A stretch of 64,000 bases of DNA from Tubiluchus corallicola (GCA_030141605.1 JAQGDQ010000107.1:186001-250000), one strand, 5' to 3'; shown: positions 1-16,500, counted from the first letter of the stretch. A program made the numbers and translations. Notes: generated by a model from the letters alone, not told the origin.

Positions 1-1039
1 ATCAAAGTTTCATTTGTGTGTACTTTACATATATTGCTTTTCTCAAATTTCATCATTATGAATCCTAATACAAATGCGAGTGTTGGACTGACTAATACTA
101 CAAGCGCAAGAAAAATAGCGCATGCCTGCTTCCATGCTGGATGATAGACCAAATTTTTTTTCATAATTCTTGAGAATTTTTTACAAGCTTGCTGCTAATT
201 TTGTGAATATATCCAATTGTCATCAGTGATCTTCAAATGACATCTGACTTCATATAAAGCGATGTATTTGAAATAGTCAACTCACTGGCAGCCTGTAGTT
301 TAGAAAACCAAACTCTTTAAACCACCGACCTCCTCATGAAATCTGGCGTAAGTGAGTAGGACAGGAAGTGACGTAACTAGGAAATGACGTAAGTGAATAG
401 GACAGGAAATGAAGTAACTAGGAAGCCCGGGACACTCTATCTAACGTTGCCACAACCCAGTTTTGAAGTAAAATGAACTAAAAAAATTTCAAATATCAAA
501 AGATTTCAGTGTTGATGATGATTACATCGAGTCTTTTAAATAATAGAACACGATAAAGGGAAAGAAAATGTAAGTCAATTTATCCAAATATAGAAACATT
601 GGTACTATAACGGTCCATTGCCTTTTGGTTCCAATTAATCATAAATTATTACCATAATAATAACAACATAATATGGATATCATTGTGTACTAGCAAACTG
701 AATATAAAATAAATAGATAATCAAGACTTATGAATTATGATTATATATGAGTTAGGCATTAATGTATAAACAAATTATATTTTATCTTAGTATTTTATGT
801 ATTTTTATTTTCTATACGAATGTCAGTTTTCGACCCTCTTTTAAACCTACTTTAGACCTCCCGAATGATCTGTTTGACCTCTAAAGTCGAAGCTGACCAA
901 TTCTGGAACCCTGCTGTAATTTGTAAAAATTTCATAAGCAAAACTTTTATTTCCTGTTATGTAACACAAGGGGATCAAACTTAGCATTCACCCACGTTTG
1001 TTGAATGCGTACTAATCACTTGCCTGACTAAGATAAAAC

Positions 1040-1316
1040 CTGCGCCGGGTTTAGGTATCAGCTGAGTAAGCGACAGCTTAGGGCCTCACAATCTACATGG
1101 GGCCTCAACAAGGTTCCAGATTGGGTTTTATACCCATTTTTATATTTAAGTAATAATTTAGTAATGTTTTAGTCAAGTGTATTGTTCTCTTTGCTATAAA
1201 TAATTAAGCCACGCATATTTTCAAGTTTTCTGGGACCAATTGGCGAAATTTAAAAAAAGAGGGCCTCAGAGCCTTATATAGTGCTTATATCCTCACCAAG
1301 TGTGAATACGGCACTG
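1040..1316. mobile_element. hAT-type MITE
   Basis: Imperfect TIRs (CTGCGCCGGGTTTA ... TGAATACGGCACTG), exact 8-bp flanking duplication GATAAAAC at 1032-1039 and 1317-1324, internal GGGCCTC motifs. Confidence 0.65.
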
Positions 1317-1399
1317 GATAAAACACCGCTTCGGACTTATGGGTCATGTTTAGTCTATTTTATACGTGTTATTGTGAAAACAAAATGGTATATCTGCTT

Positions 1400-1591
<192 letters not shown>

Positions 1592-2189
1592 TCTCTCTAC
1601 CTCTCCGTCTCTCCGTCTCTTTCTCTGTCTCTGTCTTTCACTGCTCCCCAATCCCCCTTCTCAAGCTGAACAGACTGCATCAGCCATTACAGCATAGCAA
1701 CAAAACACAGCATAGTGCTCACAAACGGAAATGTCGGCACCGGCTTATATTTTACATAAATTGTCGTGAGGTGTTAGGCGGTTATTATGCGGCGAGCAAT
1801 AAAGATGGAAATTTGTGGCCCGGGATAATGGCCTGGATTAAATGATTTAAGTTTGGAAAAGGTTAAACGCTGGCAGCAGTTAAACTGCTACATTTCAGAA
1901 TGTATTAGACTTCGGTTAGTTAAATGATTATTGCTCCGTTGTTGTTGTGGCTTCCTAGATTTAAAGCAGCACTGACTGAACGAAACACATGATTGGGTGC
2001 CAAATGTAGATATTACTGATAACCAGACCATATTTAAAATACCATGCCATAATGAAAAGCTTTGTGCAGGTGAAACAAGCTGTGTTCGTTTTGGCGGTCG
2101 TCACGGGTATCTCATACGTACTTAACAATGCACACGCGTATGTGATAAAACACAGATAAAATGCAACTGGTCAGATTTTTTTTAGATTT

Positions 2190-2860
2190 AATAGATTTAT
2201 TTCGCAATAAACATATACATATACATTACATGTGCATCGATAATCAGTTTTTGTTAATACAAACTTATGATACAATTCATGAATTCTGCGCTAGAGACCT
2301 AAGAAGCTAGCTTATGGTAGGCCACTAGAATTAGTTACGAAAAAATTACAATATATACAGATACAATATTACAATATATACAAATATAAATACGGGTGGG
2401 AAGTAATAAAAATATTATTATACTAGAGGGGAAGTTTTTGAAAATGAAAAACAACAAATCATGATTGAGTGATCAGTTATACGTTTCAAGTAAGTTTAAT
2501 TTATAAATTTTTTTAAATATGGGCAGCGAGTTGGCATTTTTAATAGCTGGAGCAATTGAATTCCATTGTATTTAATAGAAAATTTTCTAACATTAGTGTT
2601 GCACTGTATGTAGTGATAGTTCAGTCTATAACGTGTGCCGTAATTATGTATCTCAGCAATTTTACGCTAAATTTACGCCAATTACAGCAGACTCATTTGA
2701 GCTTAAATTTAAAAAATGTTTTCTGCGCTGCTTTAAACTTGCATTTATTGTGCCTCTCAAAGATTTTTTTGCAAAATGGAGGGAAGAGTAATAGTGCTAT
2801 ACTATTGTATTCAAACAACACAGCTATGCGCTCAATAACATTATTAAGTTTTGAATAATG
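2190..2860 (-). mobile_element. Decayed 3' end of a CR1/L2-group LINE
   Basis: Minus strand reads IQWNSIAPAIKNANSLPIFKK, resembling the WN-LP...FK motif at the ORF2 C-terminus, followed by an AT-rich 3' UTR; boundaries approximate. Confidence 0.5.
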
Positions 2861-5335
2861 TGGTGTCGTTAAGCTCCAAAGGATTAAAAACTTTAGCTTG
2901 TGCAACACGAGCCTTTGCCCGTAAGTTGTAATTGTGATATTTCGCGAATAAAATGTTGAAAAAGACTTTGTTTGTACGTCTGTTATACGGTCAGAGTTTA
3001 GCACCTGGAAAGCGAGGAAGCATTGCGTTTCACAAATTGATTTAAAAAAAACTTGGGGCAGTGAGGGCAAATCAATGAGCTCATAGTGGATTCATAGTCG
3101 TTAATTCAAGCAAAAATTATTTTAGCGATTAATCATCAAAATTCGGCAATGCATGTTTCCGATCACTGTACTTAAATACAACCTGCGACATTTTGTTCAG
3201 GTAATAATGAAGTAAATAGATCTGGGTTGCAAGACACTGTCCTGCAGCGTCACAGATAGACTGTACGAAACTCAAAGGCTTGCAAGTGAAGGGCGTTAAC
3301 ATTTTCGTCGCGTCAATTTACTTATTAATTGGCTTGCTTTTATTCCACATGTTGAGTTTTCGTTACTGTTTAAGCTATTTGTCAGTTGAGAAATTAGCTT
3401 TTGAACTCAATCACACATTCAGTGCTGCCGGGGATTCCTTCTATAATCTGTCCTCACACTAATCTGTTGCTTAATACTATTAAGTTTTGAACTTTATTCC
3501 TCTAGTGTTTGAGATGTAATTTTGCGAATTGGCCTTTGACTTTTAATCACAAACTAAAAGTTGCTGGTTGACCTGCTGAAAGTGTCCCCCACCAGGAATT
3601 ATTATTATTGTTATTATTATTATTATTAAAAATCTTTATTGAAAATGATACAATAAGCCCGCTATTTGCAGGGCACATAAGTACAAAAATGTTAAATGAA
3701 TCTTTACATTATGTACATTGAATAAATTTTTACATTAAATTCTTCACAGTTACAATTTCTTACTAAACAAGCTAACAATACTGCATTATGATTTATTAAT
3801 TCTAATTATATATCTAATAATTGCGTACATTGTTTATACATGTTATACTGTATGTACAAATAGTATATGTTGTAGCTTCTACATACATAAATAATGTTAA
3901 GCTAATGTCATTCGTATATAACACAGTATCCTGTATAATCAGTTTACTATAAGATCATTTTGGGTTAGTTCTTTTACAATATCTATATACATTAGTGTCT
4001 CTCTTTCTGTAAATGGTCCGAATGTCATTATTTTCTAAGCCACACAGGAATTATCTCTTGCGGATTACCGGTCTACTGGTTTACATGTTGTATTTTTCTA
4101 CTCCATAAAACTTTGATGTATTTATCCACTTCATTTTTATTATATTTGACGTTTGTATTGTCCAAATTACCGACCGTCAACGTATCATTTCGGGCAATTG
4201 CCACCAGGAATATGATTTATAAGTTATCCAATATAGGTTATGAAACTCTTTTCCAGACTCCCAAAGTCTTCGAGCTGTATGCTTACGTCAAAAATGTCTT
4301 TTCTGTTAACCCATTTTCTTGTGTCGGCATGTTTTGCAAATTTGTCGGTGCATTTCGGTTGGTTCTTTTAAATAAAACTGGCTAATTCTGCTAAGAGAAC
4401 ATGTAATTTCGCTGGTACATATGTAATAATGCACCATTTGCTGGTGCAATCTCAGTTGGTTCGTTTAAATAAGACTGGCGGATTCTGCTCACAGACATGT
4501 TGAAAAGCTTAGTCTAAAATTTAGGATCTGTGCCCTAGTCGGCTCCCAGTATAATGTCTCTGAAGTTTTTTCTTTCTCCGTCAACTGACTTGAACATTGT
4601 TTAATTACTTATTGAATTCTAAACGTTATTCGATAGAATCTCTGTTTACTATAAGAATGCCCTCAGGTATCTACTTTGTAAAACAAAAATTTGGCTGCTG
4701 GTAATTTCTTAACAGGTCATCGAACCTGTGACTCCTTATTTTACATTTTGGCTTCTGTCAGCCGCGCCCACTCACTTGGAGTGACCAATTTAGAGGCGTG
4801 TATTAAATCTCTACACACTTTATTATGTAACTCAGTTTCAAACACCTGTAGTTTAAGCAGCCAACAACTACCACCCTGACTGACCCACCATAGGTCACCG
4901 AGCATCCCTCCAAAATTTTTATTTCCCTTGAGTGTTATAAGCTGTGTAAGTTTAGTTGCCCAACCTTTTCAAGTTTTGCCAATTAGTTTGTTCTTGTCCT
5001 AGTCACATTTTAAGCCAGCCATTTTAAGACCTTGAGTCTGCGCTGGCAAAAACAGACCCAGAGGCGTTTAATTTAGCAATATTTTAGAAACTTTTTTTGC
5101 AAAATCTTCCAAAACAAAATCTAAATTGCACGCGAAATTACGTATTCAAACAGATGGCAGTGTGCATGCGTCGATGCGTCTAGTTTAATTCAGTGTAGTT
5201 TGACTGTAATGCGCAGTGTTGTTGTTTACGAAACGTGATCTTTCAAATGTTTTAAAGACAAACAACTTAATGTACAATAATTGTGATTTTGTTTTTAATT
5301 TTTGTGTTTTGAAAACGGATTGCTGTTTTAAAAGT

Positions 5336-5560
<225 letters not shown>

Positions 5561-6079
5561 ATTAACACTTTAACTCATTTCCTCAAGTTATGTTTTTGTT
5601 CGCTTGTATAAATTAAGTTAATTAGACCGACATTTTCATAAATGTTAAAATTTTACGTCGAATTACTTCAAAATTGTTAACACTAGCCTGCCGCAAGCAT
5701 AGGCTTTCTGTTTTGCCATAAATGGCATCGAAATTACCTTATAATCCATTTGCGTTATTTTAGTAATGCACTTAATGTACATGCGCAAATTGCACGTTAC
5801 GCAATTTGTGGCGTATCAAAAATGCTGCGGGCGTCACTTACCTACGTATGTATGTAATTTATTGACCAACAAAATTATAATAAAATTACAAATTGCAAGG
5901 TAGCTGTAAGAAGTTCGTAACAAGGCATGTTCCTTACTGCTACATCAGTGACGTCACGTAAATGCAAACTGGGTGCATATTAAAAAACACTTTTAGCAAA
6001 ATGCAAGTACTATTATACGCAGCAATATTATACAATAGTAATGCAAAATAGTTTTCGTATGTCTAAATATACAAAGGCA

Positions 6080-6480
6080 TTCGCTGAAATAGCAACTTCT
6101 GCCCGACAACCTTAATATAGCTGCCTTAGGAACTAATGATCTGTTGAAATTGTTATTATTCGGAAAAGATGAACTTAACTATGTTGCTAACTGTACAATA
6201 TTCCAATGCCTACATGACTTTATATTACGTACTAAACGCTTCCAGTAGTTTCTATCTGATATGAAATGCATCAGTCTTAAATATTCGTACATTAATATTT
6301 TCTAACCGTCATTTTCTACTAATGTCTAATGTAATCTTGTAGTAAAACTTGTCAGCTTGTGTAGTTATAGTCTATTCTTACTGTAAATGTTTTTGTAAAT
6401 AGTGTATAAAGTCTGTTGTGATGAGGATCCTAAATAATGTTGTTCAAACTGTCTGATCCAATCCTATAATAAATTATTTT
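6080..6480 (+). mobile_element. 3' remnant of a CR1/L2-group LINE
   Basis: Reads LLKLLLFGKDELNYVANCTIFQCLHDFILRTKRFQ*, the typical LL-G...N..IF...FI..TKRF ORF2 terminus, then a 3' UTR ending in AATAAA. Confidence 0.6.
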
Positions 6481-7061
6481 TAAACTAAATAACAACGAAC
6501 ATCTATGTACATTTTCCACTTGTTTAGCGGTATCATTATGTGCTAATATTGATGTCAGCGATGATGTGTCGATGTCAGAATATTTAGGTAGTTGTCTAAG
6601 ATGAGCGATTATATGACACACACAGAGTACATGGTTCCAGCCATTGAGCAACTACAGGTTCTAGATTGTCTGGGTTAATGTCTCCATCTCCCCGTCTCAC
6701 TATGTAGCCGACGGGCTGATATACCTGGGTGAAGCATATATGCGTCGTTATATTCGCTGGGTGGAGTTAACCTTTTTTCTGTGTTGCAGAAACTTGACCC
6801 TGTTTGTTCAATACATGAAGAAAGTTCCAGTAAACATTGTTTTTATTTCTAACTGCTTTAAGCTAACTGCTAAACGCGGAATTGAACCGGCAACCTTCGA
6901 CATGGAAAAACAGCTTGCAGCCGATTGAGCTATTTCTGTTTATTCTTTTGAAAGACCTGCCAGCTTCGGAAACTAGTTTAAAAGTATAAATAAAATAGTA
7001 AATAAATAAACAAATGTAAATGAATGAATGAGTGACTGAGTGAATGAATGAATGAATGTAT

Positions 7062-7212
<151 letters not shown>

Positions 7213-7881
7213 CCGATAAATAAATAAATAAATGAGTGAATGAATAAATAAATAAATAAATATATAATGAAAACAGAAAGTCTGATGGGTCTTAAATAAG
7301 TATCAAAGAAAGCTGCAGTATTTTGCAAATTCACTGAATGCGGTTTATAGTTTGCAAAAATTTTTCGTTTTCCTGCCAAATACGTATATATACTTTAATT
7401 CAGAATTTGCGAGCTCCTCAGGGCTTTAGTTATGGGATGTCTGTAAGCACACGTTCGGTTCAGTGCTTGTCGACGAATGTCACCGTGAACGTCATCATAT
7501 CATGCAAGTAACAAGTACAGACTGTCACGTGACGCCCGTAACAGGGAAGCTTGTGAAGTTTTTAGTTGTTTCAGAAGTCTATTAGATAGCGGTGAACATT
7601 TATATGTGTTCCCCTTTTTCAATTAGTTCAACATCTCATCAGTTTTAATAAAATTTTAGAACCTTTAGTCGAATTGGTTTTCAGTGATGATTAATTTTCT
7701 TAAATTTTATACCTTGGCGGAAGCCTTACGTTTCATCAAACCTGTCATGCTTAGCGTGCGGTCAAACGTTGGAAACGGTTATTTAAAGCATAAGAAAACA
7801 CTTTTCAGAAATAAAGGTTAAAGAATTAGTCTTGTAATTTTGTATCACCTACATGCTATATTATTGTAAACAGAGCTTGTG

Positions 7882-7987
<106 letters not shown>

Positions 7988-8269
7988 TTATTTCACTCCA
8001 GCAATACATATACAATACATCAACATGCAATATTATTGAAACAAAAAGAAACAGTATAGGTAAAAAAGCGTTGATGAAGTCAAATTAACCAAATAAAAGA
8101 GTTGCCGTATGACACCTTGAAAGCTTGGCTTGTTAAGGTGGCACAAATGAGTGAACGAAAGAATGGTTAGGGTTAGTAGACATGATGGAATGGAAAAAAT
8201 AGTAAGATTAGGGATAGGAAGAAGGAAGGGAGAAGAAGAAATTACTAAGTGTTAGCAGTAACGCTTAGT

Positions 8270-8625
8270 AAAACTTGTAAATATAAACACCCATTTAAAA
8301 AAAGTCATTTGAAACAGGTTTAGATAACACTGCGTGAAGTTTGTAAAAATAATCTAGCCATTTGTAACATATTCTTTGCTAACTAAGCTAAAGTATAAAT
8401 TACTTTATCTTGCTAATAAAATCTGTAATGCGTTTCTAGTGAATCAGCGATACACACTGGAGTGACGTTTTACCAGTTGGCGCGAACATTTTAAATTATT
8501 TTCTAGTTTTTCTCTTTTCTAGTTACATAATAAATGTTTCAAACAGGTAAGTGTAATGCTAAGTTATAAAACTTTATGTGGAAAGTTCTTTGAGATATAC
8601 TTCAAAATTCCCCTTTCTTCCCCTT
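8270..8625. mobile_element. Dispersed repeat, copy of the inverted-repeat family at 26230-26630 and 30425-31409
   Basis: Same orientation as the 31019-31409 arm; reverse complement aligns by eye with 26281-26530 and 30500-30750. Confidence 0.7.
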
Positions 8626-9835
8626 TGTGCGCTCTTCTTTGGCATCTCTTGTGGCGGCGATGGCGACGACGATTAAAGTTATAAGATGTAAACAATTTCA
8701 CCGCATAAATTGCGTTCTAATACTTATCTGTTTAGATGAATTCCTCATGCAGAAATATAACGACGCTGCAACTCTCTTGAATTATTGTACGTGCAAAAAA
8801 TATACGCAATTTATTTTGATGCTGCGCTAGTAGAAATTGCGAAACAATTTAACATGGAGTTTAGTTGAATAAGGAAATTTATTACAGTATGCAGACCATA
8901 TACAAACAACTTCTCAATTAAGCGAACTATAAATTCCACAGGAGACGGACTTCAAAGGAGGAAAAGTATTAAAACGTCTTGCAAAACTGCCTGCGTCGTT
9001 TCAGACGCGCAAAACGTCCTGGACATGAATTTATTCTTTTTATTAGTTATGAGAAAATGACTTTGTTTTGATTGGCTAAAGTCATCGAGTTGTGATAAAG
9101 GCAGAGCGTTCAAAAAGTAACAAATCAATAAAGCTTTTCCATTTCAGTATTTTGAAGATATTCCATATTGTGTTATTTCGATCACTGACAAGTCACTGGC
9201 ATAGCAGTATCTAGTTTTTTGCTTGATTACTGCTGCGTTTACCTGTCTTGAGAGAAGATTTCTTTTATTTTAGAGTTCTGCAATAGAGACACAATAGACG
9301 TAATGGGCATATGATGATGATGATTTAGAGTGTAAATACTTCTATAATTGGTCCTTGACGTTTTGATTAATGTATGCTCTGATGGAGATTTAAAATTTGT
9401 TGAAACAATTTCAGACATACAAGATAAATGACAAAACAAACAGTTTTTATTGCGTGATATACAACGTGAAATCGCGTGAATCAATTCTATTCAATTGCAC
9501 AAGCGAATTTGGCTGTATAAACTTACTGTATCGAAACCAGTAAATACCAGAAATGAGTTTTTTTTAACATATTTACATACTTTTACTTATCAAATGAAAT
9601 GAAAACGCACTAAGCTTCCGGAAACACGAATAGAAGCAATTGAAACCTATTTCAAGCAAGAAACTAACACTATATCTTTATTTTTTAAACATCCTATGTA
9701 TTTTTATTTATTTTACGTATATTTCAGTTCACAATAGGTGTGAATAAATTGAGTTGAATGTGAGTGATTTAGTGACTTTCGGCAATCAAAAAGATTTGTA
9801 CCATTGTTTTGGCGCAGTGAAAGAGTGGCCGTATT

Positions 9836-10240
9836 TTGAAATCGATGTGTTTCAAAGGCGAAATTACAGAAACATTTTGGGTATTAGATGGCCAAAGAAA
9901 ATTTCAAACAAAGATCTATATGAAAAAAATAAAAGAAGAACCTTGGACAAGAAAAATAAAAAGACGCCGTTTAAGATGGATTGGGCATATGTTTAGACTA
10001 CCTGATGATATTCCAGTGAAGATAGCTCTTCAACAAGCCATAGAACCAGCTAAAAAACCTGCAGGGGACAAATGTTAACATATTTAGATTTTGCACAGAA
10101 AGATTTAAACACTTCAGCATTGATCCTTAGAAATAAATGCACTTGGGGCACTGCGGCGAGCAGGGAGACCTGGCATAGAGAGGTGAGCAGAATCATGTCC
10201 CTGGACGTGTGATTCATTGGATGATGGTGGTGGTGGATGC
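9836..10240 (+). mobile_element. Frameshifted 3' remnant of an RTE-like LINE ORF
   Basis: EIDVFQRRNYRNILGIRWPKKISNKDLYEK / IKRRRLRWIGHMFRLPDDIPVKIAL across two frames, matching the RTE C-terminal R.RW.GH..R motif. Confidence 0.75.
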
Positions 10241-11269
10241 TTTGTAGGCTTCTTGGCATCGTTAAAAAGAAAATTTGTCATTTTGCTTAGTTTAATAGAT
10301 CTGATCTCATAAAGTAATTATTGACAATCCTTGTGTTTTAATACTACAATAAATGCCACAAACAAACAATAAACAAATGCAATAAACAAAGCTTAATTAA
10401 AAATCACTATTTAGGACATTTACTGCATGACAAATAAAATAAATATTTCCACAAAGAACAGAGGATTAGTAAGCTAAACATTTAAAAAAAGGTTAGTAAA
10501 TGTATAGTCCAATGGGCAAATATTCCAAGTCAAAATGGCATTAGTATTAAGAAAATAAATATAAGGCCATATGCATACCCATAATGTATACCTCAGTTGC
10601 AATTATTATTCTTTTTAACAGAAATTTAACAGAAATTTAGCGACATTGAACGTGAAACGAAACGTCGATGAATTTCTGTTTACAAGACTAATTATTTACA
10701 AAGGAAAAATGACTGAAAATGGCGCAGTAATCGTGCCAAGTTTAATTTCTCTTAAATGTCCAGTAATTCTTGATCTACCGCTGAATAATCAACAAACGCT
10801 TAAATTATGAATTAATTTATAATTTAAAATTTCAACTCAATCAATGTGTATAGAAATGCCGCCATTGCCGCAAAATTTAAATAGCAATTTTTCCCGCTGT
10901 TCCCACAAAAAGAAGGGAAATTTGTGGAAACACAGGGTCACTGGAGGGATATACCAGCAAACTTTGTCTGCAACAAGATGGCGGCAGATAAACGAACAGG
11001 AGTCAAAAGTGTGTTCTTTGTAAGCTCTATGTATTTATCTGCAAATTCGTTTATTTTATTTATCAAATTTATTTACAGTAATTTGCAGTGGTCGTCTTTC
11101 TATGTGTGCTGATTCAAAGGTTTTGGGTTCGACTCCCACTTGTGTTGGGAATTTACTAGTCATGTTCCACATGAACAGATCTTTCTGGTCGTGTTTCTAG
11201 GACTACTCATTTTTAATTCAATACCTGATCTTAGTCAGTTTGTTAATATGTAAAGTTTAAAGCAAATTC

Positions 11270-11800
11270 GGACCCAATCTTAAACTGTAGGTCAAAATAG
11301 TCTATTCTTTAAAATATTGAAAGGAAACGTACTAGAGTTATTACAACACAAACACAATTTCACATTTTTGATACTAGTTCTTCGCTGTTACACGCATTTC
11401 GCCATTCGCTAGTTAGAGAGGCACTAGCGCCTGCATTTTAGAAACGCATTGCACAAAAACAGGTGCTGTACCTCTCAGTTCAGATGTGTTAGTTTGTGAC
11501 GAACTACACACGTTCGACAGCTCATGCGTGAGCACAACGGTAAATTTGAAATTCTGAATATCTTACGGTAGTACTGCAGTTCAATTTTCGCTTTCGCCAA
11601 CACGTGCAACACGCTCGTCGAATATTTTTGTTGTTGAAAATTATGTTAGTTTGTGTCTGTCATCAATAGTTGGGATCTAAGTTTTTAATCTATTATTTAA
11701 TTATCAGAAACGCTTTTGCAGTATTAATTGTGTTAAAATGTACACGTTTTATCAGACTTGAAAATGGGGTGGTATATGAAAAATCATCCTGTCTTCCTTT
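11270..11800. repeat. Dispersed repeat, also at about 59215-59780
   Basis: Long shared blocks, e.g. CTCAGTTCAGATGTGTTAGTTTGTGACGAACTACACACGTTCGA. Confidence 0.8.
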
Positions 11801-11959
11801 AAGTTTAAAGTTCTGTTTTGTTATTTGTACGTGTAGTTTAGCTTTTCCATTGTCTCATTTGCCTCTAACAGTGTATGTTTTTTAAAACATTCACTGATTA
11901 GGTTTCTTAATTATTTGCTACGATTATTTGTTATGGTAAATAAAGATCTTACTTACTTG

Positions 11960-12530
11960 CTATGGGAGGAGGGAAGAGGGCTCTACCGTAACCATCTACC
12001 CCTGCGCTTCCTCAGTTGCATATATAAGACCAGCCCTCCTTCTCCTTCTCTTCCTTCATTTTTTGTTCTTTTTCTTGTTCTTCCACCTGTTCTTCTTCAT
12101 ATATTTCGCTCAAAGATGTCTAGCAATTTTCACTTCTAGAAGGAGTGTCTAAATACTGTCAGTTTGCAGCGATAAAATTATATTATAATATTCTAATGTC
12201 AATTTTGGGTAAAAACATATGAAGTTACTGTGCAAAGATTGTATTACAATCAAAATCCAAGGTGATTTTGAACGTCTATTGTCAGTGTAGTCGTTTGGGA
12301 TTTATATCGCAAAATGTCAAATATAAATCATTTAACGTTAAGAAATTATGATAGAAATTTGCCGTAATAGGTTGCGTTGAAATGATTATTGAACACTGAA
12401 ATCCGAGTTCCCTGGGAGGCCGCCTAGGAGAAATTTTTTCGGCAATCACGTAAGACAATAACCGCAAAATCCTATATTGCTTAAAACCGTATAGGGCATT
12501 AGCGGGGCAGGTTAGTCCTGCCCTTCTTAG
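11960..12530 (+). mobile_element. Possible Helitron-like non-autonomous element
   Basis: Ends in the hairpin GGGCAGG-TTAGT-CCTGCCC followed by a CTTAG (CTAG-like) terminus; 5' boundary uncertain. Confidence 0.3.
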
Positions 12531-12659
12531 GAAATGTTCGCTTTAAGCACAGTTTGATTCCCTTAAACTAAGTGATATGATATTTGTAATAAGTGTCATA
12601 AATTTCAGTCGTTATCTTAACCACTGCCACATCGCCATCTTTATCGTTAGCAGCATTAC

Positions 12660-13210
<551 letters not shown>

Positions 13211-13517
13211 GATTATGACTATGAATTTATTTCCACACATCAAAGAATACAACATCAGACACATCTATAAATTTATAATAAAATAATTTGAGTAGTACGA
13301 GGTTATGAATTTATTTTAATAAAATACAGCTTTTAGGAGAAACCATAACAGCAATCGCAATGATATTATGAATAATAGAGGGATAGCGGCATTCATTGGC
13401 AAAGTGTGATTCTTAAGCAGAACTAAGGCTACAATAACATGTATTATGTAAATCACTATGTTATCATCATCATCATCATCATCATCATTATCATCGTCGT
13501 CGTCGTCATCATCATCG

Positions 13518-13566
<49 letters not shown>

Positions 13567-16500
13567 TATTATTATATCACCATCGTCGTCATCATCGTAA
13601 TTATCACTGTTACCCTAGTTTCATTATAATCATTGCAGCAAACGCCACTGCCATCACTAAATTCCGCTTCACTGTGTCCTTTGCTGCTGTCAGTAAAAAC
13701 GTCACCACAATGACTAAAACGTGTTGCAGGTAATTTGGTTTTACATATAAGATGTCTAACAAGTTTGGATTTTCAACATCTATCTACGAATGATGCACAC
13801 TAGGAGGTATTTTATTAGAATTATGTAAAATTTTTGAATTTCGAACGAAACGTCACTTAACTGCGCATTCTAATACATTTTTGGACTTAGATTTTTTTTG
13901 GCTTATGTAGACTTGTTGTAGTGTCACTCAAGAATAATGACAACAAAGGCCGTGCCAATGACAGCTGATGATTACTGTCACCAGGCGGCGTTTCAATGAA
14001 GATTTGCGCAAATCAGCGGCAAAAGCAGAATTGTTATAGGGACAGAATTTCAGAAAACTGTGACATAAAATGACGTCAAAATTTATAAAAAGGCAGTTGA
14101 AATAGAATTTTAGAAACAACAGCAACACCAACAATAACAGCTACTTCATCAGCCTGTCTGGTACATCACCCAGATTGAATATTTCTAGTACAAAAGCGAG
14201 TTAGACATTGGCAATACGTTCGTACTTAATCACAAATTCCAGAATATTACAGCAACAGCAACAACGGCAGTAACAGCAAAAAACAACAGGAACAGGAGCA
14301 GCAAAAGTAGGGCAGCAGCAGCAGCAGCAGCAGCAGCAACTGCTGTGCCAACATCAACAACCATGAAGTCAACATTTAATACTATACATAGATAACAATG
14401 ATCATTCATCTTTACATTTGAATCTGACTTTCACTCAAATTACAGACTTGCAGTATAATTATTTTCCCCATTGTGCTTCTGTGAGAATGACCTTTATTAT
14501 GATTTTTAGTTCTACTACTGACAATTCTTTTAATCACTGCCATGCCTCAGGTGTCATGATTAAACGATGACTCGCTCGCTTTACCATACAATCAAGTCTG
14601 TCACAGAAACGTGATCTTTTACACAAGTGTGGTAATTTAAAATAATCAGTGCGTTCAGATGAAAGTATTAAACTCCAGGTGTAGGGTTGATGAAAGGAGA
14701 GTGAAACAAAGCGTTATAATATTGTGAACATCGTGTAGTAAATCGTACTGAATGCAGCTGACATTCTAGCTGCCGTTGGTGTTAAAAATTTAAACAGCAA
14801 AATTAAAAATGGTGGCTGAATAAGGTCATGGGGCGTTAGTGGCAATGATAGTGTTGTTGGCGTTGATGTTTGTGTTAGTTGCGGTGCCACATGGTAGTGA
14901 ATATTGATTATGATGGTGGTGATGACAACGATGGCGACGACGACGACGACGATGATAATTTTAGTATATATTGGAACTTACAGTGTGACTACAACCGACG
15001 AGTATTGACAACTGACTGCTTTGTGGACGTTTGGTTAAGCGACGTATCGACTCTTCAGCTAGTTTTTTTTTGTTTTGCAAAATACGGTCACGTCTCTGAA
15101 TTCAAATGAGATCTGCATCAGAAGCGTCTGAGCTTCACAAAAATGATAATTCTATTTCTATGCTTGTCTACAGTACACACACACACACAGAGGAGCAAAA
15201 ACTTTAATGGTTCCCAGTTTATTTCACTTACACGTGCCTAGAAGTATATACAGCTCAGTTGCTCATTGTCCCAATGGTTGACTATATTTTTACAGCAAAC
15301 TGTAAATTTAAATTTACAAATCCCTGATGCATGATGGCATTAGTAGAAATAATCTACGAGTGTCGTAGCACTCTCCAGTGGGGACCTACTTTAGTTGGTT
15401 AACCTGTACGTTTATAAAACATATTTAGATTTAGATTAATTTATTCATCAATTTAGCACAATACAAAAGTTATACAATTACAAATTAACATTGCATTGCA
15501 GTGCTATGAGCGTAGTAGAAGAAATTAACTTATGAGCTAAGCTCAACATGGACAAGACTTAATTAATGACCTAAACAATAACAAACAAAGACGATATTAT
15601 ATTATATATATATGATATTATAAAATATCATTTAATAGTATTTTATAATAATAACTATTAGCACCTTTCAGTATAACCTGCCAAGATTACTTCTATTGCA
15701 CTTTTAAGTATGTGTACAATACTTTTCTGACCTACGTTATAATAGGTCTTTCTTTTATGGATGACTTTGATGTGCGCAATGATTACTACCCTGTTATTCT
15801 TACCTTTAGGTTTCATTATAGCTATGCATACACGGTGTATAAAGCGTTAGTTTTAGTATAATAGCTATTGCAAGTCATCACAATAGCTATTGTTGCTATA
15901 AATTTTTGGAGTACCAAAAAACAGTGGAAAAGCCTGTTTATGTTAAACAGCATAACTTAAGCAAAACAAAACAGCTCAGTTCAACAAAAAGCTAATATTG
16001 ACCAAATACCATTCTGTCGTGGAATCAACTCGTCTTGATTTTTATTGGAAAATTTTCGTTTCACAATAATTTCTGGCGTATGAAGAGACTTGATTTCGTT
16101 ACCATTCCTCACGCAATTTAATTTTCTTCAGGTAATTCAGTTTTCTGTCAAACAGTATCCACCAATCTTGCTGAATTTAGAATCGAGCTTCTTTTGTCCA
16201 CGCTCTTTGGTTGTAGCTTGAAGCCAACGAAGATCCTGAGTAATTTATTGCTACTTTTAGAAACTTGAAATCCTGCTTAAATTACACGAAAATTACAAAA
16301 CTGACTTTTTAGACACCTTGTATAAAATTTTGCAGTGACCCATTTATGTGGGCGAATTTTGCGTTTTAAATAGCTACTATAAAAAGCTATTACATATAGC
16401 TCAGCACTGCTAGTTCAGCTATTTTTGGCAAAACGCAAATTTTTTTGCTTCTTATTACTGCATTCGCTCGCATAGGTTTTATAAAGCAGGCAAGAAAGCA

